Below, piece by piece: positions 26,805-38,143 of a stretch of DNA of 64,000 nucleotides. A program made the translations under genes and the position numbers. The notes under the pieces are model-generated. The model saw only the letters and a program-made list of their open reading frames with translations. It had not been told where the DNA came from and did not search any database. This DNA comes from Octopus vulgaris (lineage: Eukaryota). The stretch spans positions 79,112,001-79,176,000 of the forward strand of contig OX597815.1 of assembly GCA_951406725.2 (NCBI GenBank). The letters run 5' to 3'. Position 1 is the first letter of the stretch. Each line of letters starts with the position of its first letter.

Positions 26805-27320
26805 AATGTACAAGTAGGGGTTCAGTTCTCAGTCCAATAATAGTCCTCCACACTATAACAGAAGAATTCAAAAGTGGATGCCCATGGGAACTATTATATG
26901 CTGATGACCTTGCACTTATTGCAGAATCTGTAACAGAATTAGAAAAGAAATTCCTATACTCCATGGTAGTGAAATATGAGCTCTGATTGCAGAAGACATG
27001 CATAGACTAGAGAGAAATGAAGGCAGTATGCTCTATTGGATGTGTAACTTCAGTGTGCATGTATGACAAAGTGCAAATGTGTTGAGTAAAAAATTTGGGC
27101 ATAAGAGGAATAAATGCAGCATGCAAGTGAGTAGAATATGTTGGTTTGGACATGTGATGCATACGAATAAAGACAGCTGTATAAAGTGCCAATTACTGAA
27201 AAAGGATGGTACCTGCGGAAGGAGACCCAGCAAGCCATGGAGTAAAGTGGTGAGGACTGATCACAGGATGGGCCTTACAGGGGAAATGACAATGGACCAA
27301 GATATCTGGTAATATGAAGT
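26805..27320 (+). mobile_element. RTE RT/C-terminal fragment
   Basis: TEEFKSGCPWELLYADDLALIAES; WFGHV...GRRPSKPW. Confidence 0.85.
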
Positions 27321-28361
27321 TCTTGAGAAAACTTGGCCGCATCAGCAAAACTGAGTTCTAGAAGCACTGTGTTCCACCCACATGTAACAATAAAACTTTT
27401 CATATACCCTACCCCAGCAAACCAAACTGCGTCTCCCCTCTTCTTCACATTTCCTCTTTCTTGCACCATGCTTATCTCATTCCCCAATCCTATCCTCACT
27501 GTATCATTGCTATCCTATAGTCCTCTATATACCCAGGTTTTCACCAGTCACTACATTTCCCACCCCCACATTATGTATCCATGTGAAGTTTCTACTTCCT
27601 ACTCAAACTTCATTGGCAATACTCTGCCACTTATATTATGACCTTTGTACCTTAAGGGTACACCCTGACACTTTGCCACCATCTCTCTCTTGCACTCTTG
27701 TTGTCTTCCACTCTCTTTCTCTTCCCTCTGGCTGGGCAACCATGTATTTCCTCAACAGTAGCATACCTGCTTTTGTCCTCATTCCTGATCACTCTCTCCC
27801 TCCCTGGCCAGGTAACCATGTACCTCCTCTACAGCAAGACACCTGTTTCTATCTGTCACACTAACCTTTCATCATCTGGCACAAGATCACCTCCTCCAAT
27901 GCCCTCTCTCCTCTCAAAGAACATTTGTCTTGCAAGTTACTTGGTGACCCAGCCAGTGCTGGTATCACATAAAAATCATTCAGTCCATACTGTAAATTGG
28001 TTGGCATTTGGAAGGGCATCCAACTGTAAAAACCATGCCAAAACTGACTTTGTTAAGCTAATATTATGTGTGTGTTCCTCTGTCTTGACATCATGGTTGT
28101 AAACAAGCATCAATGTCAAACAAGCAATGTTTTTTGTTTCCAGTTTTCTGTGGAAATCATGTCTGGCCATGGGAAATATTACTTAGCTTGGAAACAGGTG
28201 AGGGTCAAGGACAATGGGCTGTAGAAAATCTCCCTCAACCTCACACAAGAAAAACAAGAAATAATGATGACAATGATGACTCATAAAAATATCAATCACA
28301 GACTTTTTGTTTTTTAAGTACAAAACAATATTCTGCATTTAGAACAAGATTATAGTGAAAT

Positions 28362-28375
28362 TTTATTAATTTATT
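28362..28375 (-). terminator. Two AATAAA polyadenylation signals of FDX1
   Basis: tttatt at 28362-28367 and 28370-28375 on +, about 50-60 nt past the TAG on the minus strand. Confidence 0.55.
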
Positions 28376-28422
28376 TTCTTCAAACTATTTTACAGGATGT
28401 ATAAAATTTAAACAACCAAGTT

Positions 28423-28519
28423 CTAAGAAAATCCTCGTATATCGTTTGTTTCTGTAGGAATCTTTATCTCAACGCCGTCCATATCCTCTGTGACATAAAC
28501 CTGACAACCAAGGCGAGAC
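28423..28519 (-). CDS. FDX1: FDX1-like exon 4 with stop
   Basis: ttttgtag|G TCT CGC CTT GGT TGT CAG...; SRLGCQVYVTEDMDGVEIKIPTETNDIRGFS*, with the fourth Cys ligand. Total CDS 137+107+127+97 = 468 nt = 155 aa + stop. Confidence 0.97.
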
Positions 28520-28752
28520 CTACAAAATGAGACAAAAATGTTACCAGTTGATAGAAAGGTATTTACTTGAAATGATATCAGTTATTTTACTTTAATAACT
28601 TGAACTATTGTATTTATAGTTAATAATTAGGAAAATTATAAAATTTATACAATTTATATATAGAATTTATACAATTCCTCCAATCTCCTGTTTGAGGAGT
28701 TACTGTCTGAAAGACATCCTGCTGTAATATTAAATAATGAAGAAGTACTTAC

Positions 28753-28879
28753 GTATCTGTTAATCCATAGGCCATATCTAATAAATCTTGTTCTTCATCT
28801 GATGGTAATTCAGCATTGTATATGTGTTTGGGTAATATTACGTGACAAGTGGAACAGGCCATAGTACCTTCACAGGCTC
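28753..28879 (-). CDS. FDX1: FDX1-like exon 3 (2Fe-2S cluster loop)
   Basis: tttgttag|GA GCC TGT ... GAT AC|gtaagt; (G)[41 protein letters not shown](T): adrenodoxin C-x5-C-x2-C motif and acidic DEExDxLD helix. Confidence 0.97.
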
Positions 28880-29449
28880 CTAACAAAGACAGCAAAAGTA
28901 CATGAGAAATTTCACTGATATATGTGTAAAAAAAAACAAAAAAAAAACCCCAATAAAATCACATGTCTTTAAGGTAACATATCCCAAAGAAAATAGAATA
29001 GTCACAGCTAGAATATTGATTCAAATATTTTCCAATCCCCTACATTGGTGCTATACAAGAACAGCAGAACAAGGGAGCCCACCAACAAAATGGTGTGTAT
29101 GTAAGACGACATAGTAATGTAGCTAAACTGAAGTTGATCAACTGTTAAGTAAAGACGTCTAAGGTTTTTCAGCAAACAAAATTATTTTCAAAAGGAAAAT
29201 AAGTTTGTAGGTATAAATATTAGGATTGTATGTCACAGCATCAGTGTTGATCAAACAGTGATATCTAAATGGAGCCAACATGGTGGACATCTTATATCTG
29301 CATGTTTGCAATGTTGATTCCATATGCTACTCTTAAGTTAGTGTTGTTAAGAAAGATAATGAAAACTAATACACTCAAATAATCTTATACAACACAAGTG
29401 TAAAGACAAACATACATGTACGTAATATATATACAGTAACATATATATA

Positions 29450-29689
29450 TTCTTTTCATTTTTTTTCAGTCATTTGACTGTAACCATGTTAGAGTACTGT
29501 CTTGAAGGGTTTTTTTTAGTCAAACAAATCAACCCCAGGACTTATTTTTTTAAGCCTAGTACTTATTCTATAAGTCTCTTTCACCGAACTACTAAGTTAC
29601 AGGGATGTAAACACAGCAACATCTTTGTCAAGCAGTGAGGTGGGGACAAACACAGATACAAAGACATACACACATAGATATACACACAT

Positions 29690-29737
<48 letters not shown>

Positions 29738-29897
29738 GATGGGCTTCTTTCAGTTTCCATCAACTAAATCCACTCACAAAGCTTTGGTTGGGCCAAGGCT
29801 ATAGCAGAAGACAGACACTTGGCCAAGGTGCCACACAGTGGGACTGAAACCAGAATCATGTGGCTGGGAAGCAAGTATCTTACAATACAGCCATGCA
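29450..29897 (-). mobile_element. SINE family A
   Basis: Colinear, CpG-decayed. Confidence 0.85.
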
Positions 29898-29922
29898 TAT
29901 ATAAAATTTCAAATAATCTTAT

Positions 29923-29978
<56 letters not shown>

Positions 29979-30171
29979 TAGTAAAATTTAGATTCAGATA
30001 AATATGGTACTTAAGTTGAAGGCACCAGAATTTAGTATGGTTATTATCCATATAATTCAAAATGGGGTGATTATAATTAAAATAAGCAACAAGGATATGC
30101 AGAGGTAATGCAGTACAATCGTTTCATGCGACTCCATTTGAATATAGAATTTAATTACATTCTATATTTTT

Positions 30172-30260
30172 ATGCAGCTGAAGATTGCTCTACATTTTAA
30201 ATTGATGTAATGTTTGCATTGTTCAATTAAATGGAGTCGCATGAAACGATTGTACTGCAT
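30172..30260 (+). ncRNA. Type I hammerhead ribozyme motif with long stem II
   Basis: ATGCAG-CTGAAGA-[58 nt, TTGC..GCAT, CATTT/AAATG]-GAAA-CGATTG-TA-CTGCAT. Confidence 0.72.
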
Positions 30261-30526
30261 TACCTCTGGATATCCTTGTTGCTTATTTTAATTATATATA
30301 TATAACATTTTGTTTAAATATATCAGAGGATTTTGAAAACAAGAAGATTCAATTAAGCAGAAAATGATATATCTTCTGATGCTATCAGGGAAAAAAAGAA
30401 AAAAAAGAAACTGAAGACACAGCAATTAACTACTTCAATAAACTGGCATAAAAAAACAGCTTTCAGGTAACTAAAATATTTAGATTATTTACATTTGACA
30501 GATATTTGTCCTCATCTTGTTCATTA

Positions 30527-30570
30527 ACACAGCGTTTAGGCTGATATACCCTCCAGCCTTCATCAGGTGT
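30527..30570 (-). ncRNA. Hammerhead motif, core-mutated
   Basis: Minus strand: ACAC-CTGATGA-AGGCTG-GAGGGTATAT-CAGCC-TAAA(for GAAA)-CG-CT-GTGT. Confidence 0.7.
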
Positions 30571-30801
30571 CTTAGGGAAATTTTGAACCTTGGTATATCA
30601 GCCAAAATGTTGTGTTAACAACAAACAAGAGGAGGACAAATATCCGCCAAAAGTAAATAAGGTACATAATTCCTCATCTCTTAAATATAGAATTCTATTA
30701 AAATAATTTAAATTAGACATTTTCAACCATAATTTAAATGTTGAAAGCTGCAACAAAAGCTGCATTTGAAGATGATTTCAGAATTTAAGGAGAAGAAGTG
30801 C

Positions 30802-31008
30802 CATCATCATCATCATCATCATTTAGCGCCTGCTTTCCATGCTAGCATGGGTTGGACGGTTCAACTGGGGTCTGGGAAGCCAGAAGACTGCACCAGGCCC
30901 AGTCTGGTCTGGCAATGTTTCTACGGCTGGATGCCCTTCCTAACGCCAACCACTCCGTGAGTGTAGTGGGTGCTTTTTACGTGCCACCGGCACGGAGGCC
31001 CGTCGGGC
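30802..31008 (-). mobile_element. RTE 3' end
   Basis: Same family motif and (CAT)n. Confidence 0.8.
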
Positions 31009-31169
31009 CATATCACAACAAAATTGCAATTCAGAAAGAACACAAAGACAAGCCATATATCTTAATTGAAAAAACAAAAGAAAAAAAAGCTCTAAACATT
31101 GGCAAGGGAGCATAAAGATTTTGGTGGTGTTGGTAGTGGGATTTAGTTCTCAATATTCTACATGTCAGC

Positions 31170-31362
31170 ATGTTAGCATGCCAGGTGAAATGCTTAGCAA
31201 TATTTCATCTGTCTACGTTGCGTTCAAATTCCACTGCGGTCAACTTTGCTTTTCATCCTTTTGGGGTCGATAAATTAAGTACCAGTTGTGTACTGGGGCT
31301 CATCTAATTGATTAACCCCCTCTCCAAAAATTTCGGGCCTTGTGCCTAGAGTAGAAAAGAAT
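31170..31362 (+). mobile_element. SINE family B
   Basis: Colinear with the 17835 copy. Confidence 0.85.
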
Positions 31363-31481
31363 ATTCTATGTCAGCTATCAATACCATATTTGATGGTATA
31401 CAAGACACTTTTTCCCAGAAAAATGTCTCAATAATTTACCCTGGGTCTTATATACAAAGTTGGGGTACCCATAAGCTAATA

Positions 31482-31897
31482 TTCTCTTATTTTTTTTACT
31501 TGTCATTTTGATTGTGACCATGCTGGAGCACCACCTTAAAGGGTTTTTTAGGCAAAGCAGCCAACTCCAGGACTTATTCTTTGTAAGCCTAGTACTTATT
31601 CTATTGGTTTCTTTTGCCAAACTGCTAAGTTATGGGGACATAAACACACCAACATCAGTTGTCAAGCAATGGTGGTTGTGGACAAACACAGACATACACA
31701 TAAATCTATACATATATATATGTGTGTGCGTGTATGTATGTATGTGTGTGTTTCTGTCTACCAAATCAACTAACAAGGCTTTGGTTGGCCTGAGGCTATA
31801 GTAGAAGACATTTGTCCAAGGTGCCAAACAGTGGGACTGAACCTGGAATTATGTGCTTGAGAAGCAAGTTACTTACCACACAGCCAAGCCTGCGCCT
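31482..31897 (-). mobile_element. SINE family A
   Basis: Colinear, CpG-decayed. Confidence 0.85.
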
Positions 31898-32291
31898 AAT
31901 ATACTAAAAACTTTTTTCCTGAATATGCATTACTGAAATTGGGCTGCATCTAACATGTCATTGCTCTTTTATGCCATCAAATACAGAATGGAAAGAATTC
32001 AATTTATCTCTCTTTTAGGCAAAATACTGTTTTAATACATTTTAGTAAATTTTGTATTATTTCGTGAAGAATTTTCAAAAAGATTATTGAAAATTGGTAA
32101 AGGAGAACAACTGAGCCTTGTGGGTGCTAGTCATTGGGAGATATATCACCCAATGACAATGATAACCAAACCAGATTCCTAGACCAGATTTAAGAAGAAA
32201 AAGATGTTCCTATCAACATATGTGTAATAAAATACCAATATATCATCATGCATCTTCAGTCATAAATTTGATAGCAACGATTTGGATATAG

Positions 32292-33058
32292 CATTATTAA
32301 ATCTCAGAACGAGATGTAAACAGTAATCACTCGACAATGTAAAGTATAAAAGCCATCTCAATATGGCTAACCACAAAGCGGGGTGTTACTGTAGCTTTTT
32401 AGCCCCAGGAGATCATCGTCTCCAGCTGGCTTTAGACACACTTTCTGTACCCTTAAGGTATTTGCAAAGGGAGGCCATCCCTTTCTTGTAAGCCTGAGTG
32501 ATACGCACCAGACAGGTTTTCTAGATTATTGTCTCTTATCAACGGGCGGTAATCACCAGATCATGATGAAAGACAAGGCCTGCAAATATATAAGAGTTTT
32601 TCTAGTGATGTCTGCCACTGATTTCGAAAGACTGACTGTAAGCATTATTAATTCTCAGAACGAGATGTAAACAGTAATCACTCGACAATGTAAAGTATAA
32701 AAGCCATCGCAATATGGCTAACCACAAAGGAGGGGTGTTACTGTAGCTTTTTAGCCCCAGGAGATCATCGAAATCAGTGGCAGACATCACTAGAAAAACT
32801 CATATATTTGCAGGCCTTGTCTTTCATCGTGATCTGGTGATTACCGCCCGTTGATAAGAGACAATAATCTCGAAACCGGTCCAGTGTGTATCACTCAGGC
32901 TTACGAGAAAGGGATGGCCTCCCTTTGCAAATACCTTAAGGGTACAGAAAGTGTGTCTAAAGCCAGCTGGAGACGATGATCTCCTGGGGCTAAAAAGCTA
33001 CAGTAACACCCCGCTTTGTGGTTAGCCATATTGAGATGGCTTTTATACTTTACATTAA
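32292..33058. mobile_element. Non-autonomous Penelope-pLTR/retrozyme-like insertion (partial tandem + inversion)
   Basis: Perfect 12-bp TSD atttggatatag (32280-91, 33059-70); direct repeat with 351-nt period; ~290-bp inverted arms; hammerhead motif in each arm. Confidence 0.8.
32848..32884 (+). ncRNA. Hammerhead motif with variant core; inverted twin at about 32508-32545 on minus
   Basis: CCG-TTGATAA(for CTGATGA)-GAGA-CAATAA-TCTC-GAAA-CCGG-TC-CAG; perfect 4-bp stem II, palindromic CCGG stem III, GUC site. Confidence 0.65.
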
Positions 33059-33469
33059 ATTTGGATATAGTTGTAACTTATCTTTTATACAAGTCAAGCC
33101 AGGTTAAGTACAATGAAAATATCTAAGTTTACTGCAGGAATAAGTATTATTAGTACATACGAATATGAACTTAGGTGTATATACATATGATGATAATGAT
33201 ACAAATGCAAGTATAAATGGCATTACTTTCTACATATTGTCATTGTTTATTTTAGGGAACTAACTATCACATTCATAATTCAAATAGATCAGGTGAAGAG
33301 ATGTGTTTCAAAGATGAAGGACTATATTTTCTTCTATATAAGCAGATGGAGAATGATTCATCTCTTATATTCAAGATGTTGGCTGGTATGGTTAGTACCT
33401 TTTTTTTTCTGCAACAAATAAATGGCATCCTACTGTTAGTTTTGGAGGTGCTGAAAAATCATCATGGAT

Positions 33470-34050
33470 GCAGCTCTTCCGCCTCTGATTATGCCATTAA
33501 AAAAATTAACTATCACTGTCTTCAATACCTTAAGTCTCTCTCCCTCTTCAGTACAGCTACCATAAAGCTTGATCTACAAGGGACCTGGTTTCCTATGCCA
33601 CAGAATACCAGTGCCTTGCAATTGAGAACTTCACCAAAAACAGTGTTGTTGTACTTGACATCAGCAAAATATTTGACCTTGTCTGGCATTACTAGATAAG
33701 CTGCCTATTTATGAGCTTCATCCATCTTTTTATCTCCTGGACTACAGTCTTCCTGTTAGATCATACCAACACTGTGTGCTGACTAGCCTCTCACTGACCC
33801 ATACTATCAACTCTGGAGTGTCTTGAGTTTATGTCCTCCCCTACACTTGTCTCCCTGTAATGTCTTGCTTCTTCTCAACATCTCTAATAACATTCATTCT
33901 TCCCTAATCCATAACCTTTTGCACAGAAGTGCCCTCTATCTGTAACCTAGATGCCTCATTAAACTTGCGCTGCTTTCAGGAACAGAAACCTCAGAATCAA
34001 TTACATGACGCTGTTGTCTCTTTCAATAACACAAAGACCCAAACACTGCA
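33470..34050 (+). mobile_element. Very old LINE RT fragment (Jockey/CR1 group)
   Basis: LDISKIFDLVWH, INSGV-like and FNNTKTQ remnants. Confidence 0.55.
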
Positions 34051-36093
34051 TACAATAAAGAAATAATCTCATACCTCACTGTGTCTAGTATTAGGCTATA
34101 CACAATTAAAACTTTATCCACCACTCACTACATCCACCCCTCAACCCTACCCAATATCTACAGTTGTCATCTACTACTCCCTATCTCCACTACTTATCAT
34201 TCCCTCAACACTTATTCTTCATTTTATTCACTGCCTCACTCATTCCCATCACTCCCACGCACTCTTGCAGCCTCCACCCACAACCCCAATTCTTTCAGCC
34301 CTCACTAACATCTACTCATCCCATATCCTGAGGGTTTACCCAGATGCCTCATCACCATTATTTTTTTTTTTATTTCTTGCACCACCCAACTTCCCACACA
34401 TTCTCCTCTAAAGTGCAAGTAGCCTAATGACCCCTTTACAGCAGGAGTCCTGTTCTACCCTGGATCCTTCTCTCATATTTTACCCCCACATCTCCTAGCA
34501 TAAAGCTACCTCCCTCTGGTAAGACCAATAAATTTAGCATCAGGGATGGTGTTGCAGTTATACAAACATTCTAAAGCACACACACGCACAAAAAAAAAAA
34601 CAAAGAAAAAAAAAACAAATCTATATGATTGGTAAATATTCACTCACCAACACCTTAATCTCTATTTCAAAAGCCCCAGCTTCTCTGAACTAAACTGCTT
34701 GCTACTTTCACTCATCTTGCAAGCTCTTATTTATTCAAAATGTCTCATTTCAAAGACGCTGCATTAACCAGTCCTTCCTCTCTAGAATTTTAAACTTTTG
34801 GAATTCTCTTCCAAATCACATTTTCCCAAAAGACACCTACCCAGAGATATTGAGTAGAACATTAATTGCATTTCAATAATATCAGTCTATGATAACATAT
34901 AAGCTCAGGGACATTTGCCGCCTTCATCTTGATGAATTAATTCATGAAGAAAATTGGAATTGGGGATTTAGGGGAACTTGTATATTATTGCTTAAGGAAT
35001 CTGATATTGGATATAAGATAATGGAAAGGATTAAATATGATTGAAAGAATTAAGAAAGCAATATAAAATTGGAGAGAGGTAATCATGGGATAGGAATTTT
35101 AAAGATGGTTAATTTTTTGATCATGATGGTTAATTAAACATGATGGTTAATTTTTTGAACAGAAATAGTGAACAGTACATAAACATAAGCACCAGATTTT
35201 GTGCCAAAGTTGGAACTGAATATGTAGTCAGGTTGGTTAGTTGGAAACAGATGTTAGTTGGAAACAGATAGAAGTTTGTGTCTCAGTACCTATGGTTTTA
35301 GTGTTGTTCTTAACCCCTGGCCAGCCCTGGTTGAGCAGCCACGATAAACTCCTCTTATTATCAGACATTGCATCACAAACTATATTATCGTATGTAAGTG
35401 GTATTTTTTCTTCAGAGGTTAAGAGTGATTTGATGGAGCTTTAGTAGTTATTTCTAACATGTCAGGAAAGCACTTACAGGTTCCCTCATTGGTGAGCATT
35501 TTCATGTTTGCAGGAGGTAGTGACTAGAATCAAGTTTGGAGTATTTATTTCAATGTTTGTTAAGAAGCATATAAATTTTCCATTGGATAAATTTTAATGG
35601 GCTTTTCCCCTACTTATTGTTTTCTTTTTTTTTTAAGCTCTGCCAATTCAAACTAAATTTCCTTGGAGAAAAACAGTTGACACATTAAGAGATAAACTGT
35701 CATGCAGGAATGAACATGCAAGCTTAGAGTGAGCAAGCATTCTAAGCTACAAAGAGCTATTTGTTTAAATTATCCACACCATGATATTTACCAGTCCTGT
35801 ATATCACTGCACTAATAAAAAAATTCTGGTTTATCAAAAAATCTTAGAATATATGCAGTGAAATATAAATCCACTTTGCACATTAAATCACAAGTGAAAA
35901 AGAATGTTTTTTCAAATCTGTTTACTTGTAAGATATTGTTTATAGATGTGAAACACTGCCATCATATAGTATATTAATCTAAATCTTATGTAAACTACCT
36001 TATTTGATAGCATATAAGACCCTTTTTTCAAAAACATTGTCTCAAAACATCATTCTAGGTCCTATATATGAAGCTGGGCCTATAATACACGCT

Positions 36094-36658
36094 TTAACAC
36101 TTCAGCATTTAAATTGGCCATATCCAGCTCAAGTATTCTATTTGTTCTATGTTAAAACTGGACAGATCTGATCTCATACACCTACTAACTAACTGGCACT
36201 CCATTGGTTACGACAACAAGGGTTCTGGTTGATCCGATCAATGGAACAACTTGATCATGAAATTAATGTGCAAGTGGCTGAGCACTCCACAGACACACAT
36301 ACCATTAATGTAATTCTGAAGGAGATTCAGCATGACACAGGATGTGACAAGGCTGACCTTTTGAAATACAAGTACTACAATTTTTTTCCATATTAGTGGA
36401 CTGAAGCAACATGAAATAAAGTGTCTTGCTCAAGGACACAATGTACTACCAGTTATCACAACTTTATGATCATGAGCTGAATACTCTAATCACTAAGCCA
36501 TATACCTTCACTCACACACCTACACTACAATATTATTTGAAAAATAAACAATCATGTTATTGAAATCTCAAAGCTACAAGATAATGGATATTTAATTCAA
36601 ACATTATGGATAAGTGAGCATCACATTTGACAGAGTGATTTGAATGCTAAAGGGCTAA
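36094..36658. mobile_element. piggyBac-type MITE carrying a SINE
   Basis: ttaa-cacttcagcatt ... aatgctaaaggg-ctaa; same family in opposite orientation at 42836-43040. Confidence 0.75.
36186..36510 (-). mobile_element. tRNA-head SINE (third family) with 13-bp TSD
   Basis: TSD ctca(t/c)acacctac at 36173-85 and 36511-23; A-box tggcttagtg; tgtgtccttgagcaagacactt core. Confidence 0.8.
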
Positions 36659-37722
36659 TGAATGAAAAACTTTTTTTTTCCTTGAACATGTGCTGCTGAA
36701 ATTGGGGTATATATAATGTTCATGCGTCTTTCATGCCATCAAATATGGTAATCATCAAAAGCTTATGTAGAGTTTTTACAAGAGGTTTATGGAGAATTTT
36801 AATACAATATCTAAACTCTGAAAACACTTACCAGAATAACCCCATATTATTATAACATAGTGATGCTGTAATAACCAATTAAATAAGTTATTCACACCCC
36901 AGTTAAAGAACTAAGTATTTATATCTTAGCATTGGTGGTGCACTGTGTCCTAGACAAGACCCTGAATTCTACTTATTCCTACTTGAACACAACGCAAGTA
37001 AGAAAAGTGAAAGAATAGTGGAGGTAGAACTCCATTATTCGAGAGTGAGGATTCAGTTGTTTGAGCAACTGAATTTCTGCTCCTGAATTAATGTGTAAAT
37101 GGCTGAGTATTCCACAGTCATGTGTACTCTTTATATAATTTTCAGACTTAATCATCATGACAGAGTGAGATAAAGCTTTTTTTTGAATCACAGGTACAAT
37201 CCACTGGTTAAATTTCTATACAGTTTTTGCTTATTCATTTTCACTCAAACTACGGATCACTTGAAAGTTATAGAAAACAACATTTTCCTAAGATACTAAG
37301 CAGTGAACCTGGGATATCATGGTTGTGAAGCAGATTTCTTAACCATCTGGCCATATTGTTCATATGAAGGAAGAATAAACTCAATAATACAGCTCCATGA
37401 GAGAATATGGCAGTTTTCAAATTCCACTATATTACAAAGAATAAATGTCTATATTGCAATACATTTTGGTAAATGAAACTGAGACAGAAGAGAAGAATTT
37501 AGAGAGAAGATGAAATATTCCTGCAGAGAAATAGAAAATCACTAACCGAAGCCATCAAAATCAAGGTCGTTGTCAATAATAGAGTCCAACAAAGTGCTAT
37601 TTACTTTGGCCTCTGTTGCAATTTTGTTGCCATCACTGGTCACAAAATATATGGTTACCCTGAAACACAAAAAGGGGGAAGAAAAATAGCTTTTGCTGCA
37701 AATTGAATCGATAGATAAATAC

Positions 37723-37829
37723 CTTCAAGGTCAATATCATTCCTCAGAGCCACATCAAGAAGTGTTTCATCAATATTGGCAGTCACAGTAATACGGTCTC
37801 CATCTCGATCAATGAAATATATTGTAATC
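37723..37829 (-). CDS. FDX1: FDX1-like exon 2
   Basis: ctcttag|G ATT ACA ... CTT GAA G|gtattt; encodes ITIYFIDRDGDRITVTANIDETLLDVALRNDIDLE; phases 2/1 fit both neighbours. Confidence 0.93.
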
Positions 37830-38111
37830 CTAAGAGTTAACAGCATCGGCAATAAAAATAAATATTAAACAATAATAGTACAATGAAATATGGTTTTAAA
37901 TAGCTGTGAATAATTGTGGTAATGTAGTCAAGTGTATAATACTGCATACATTAAATAGATGGCAGCAGTTTTAGCCTTAATAGTTAATACTCTAAAAAAC
38001 ATAGAAAAGGTAGTTTAAACATCCAAGAAATTTATCATGTATCAAGAAGTAGTTGTACTCAGGCACAAGTTAACTTCCACCACACCCACACACTTCATTT
38101 GCATATATTAA

Positions 38112-38143
<32 letters not shown>

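Noticed and set aside
33301-33699. 132-aa ORF as a host gene
   Set aside because: Overlaps a decayed LINE RT in another frame; no recognisable domain or splice structure.
37655-37722. ORF continuation IYLSIQFAAK after DLEG
   Set aside because: Intron read-through past the gtattt donor; homology resumes in exon 3.
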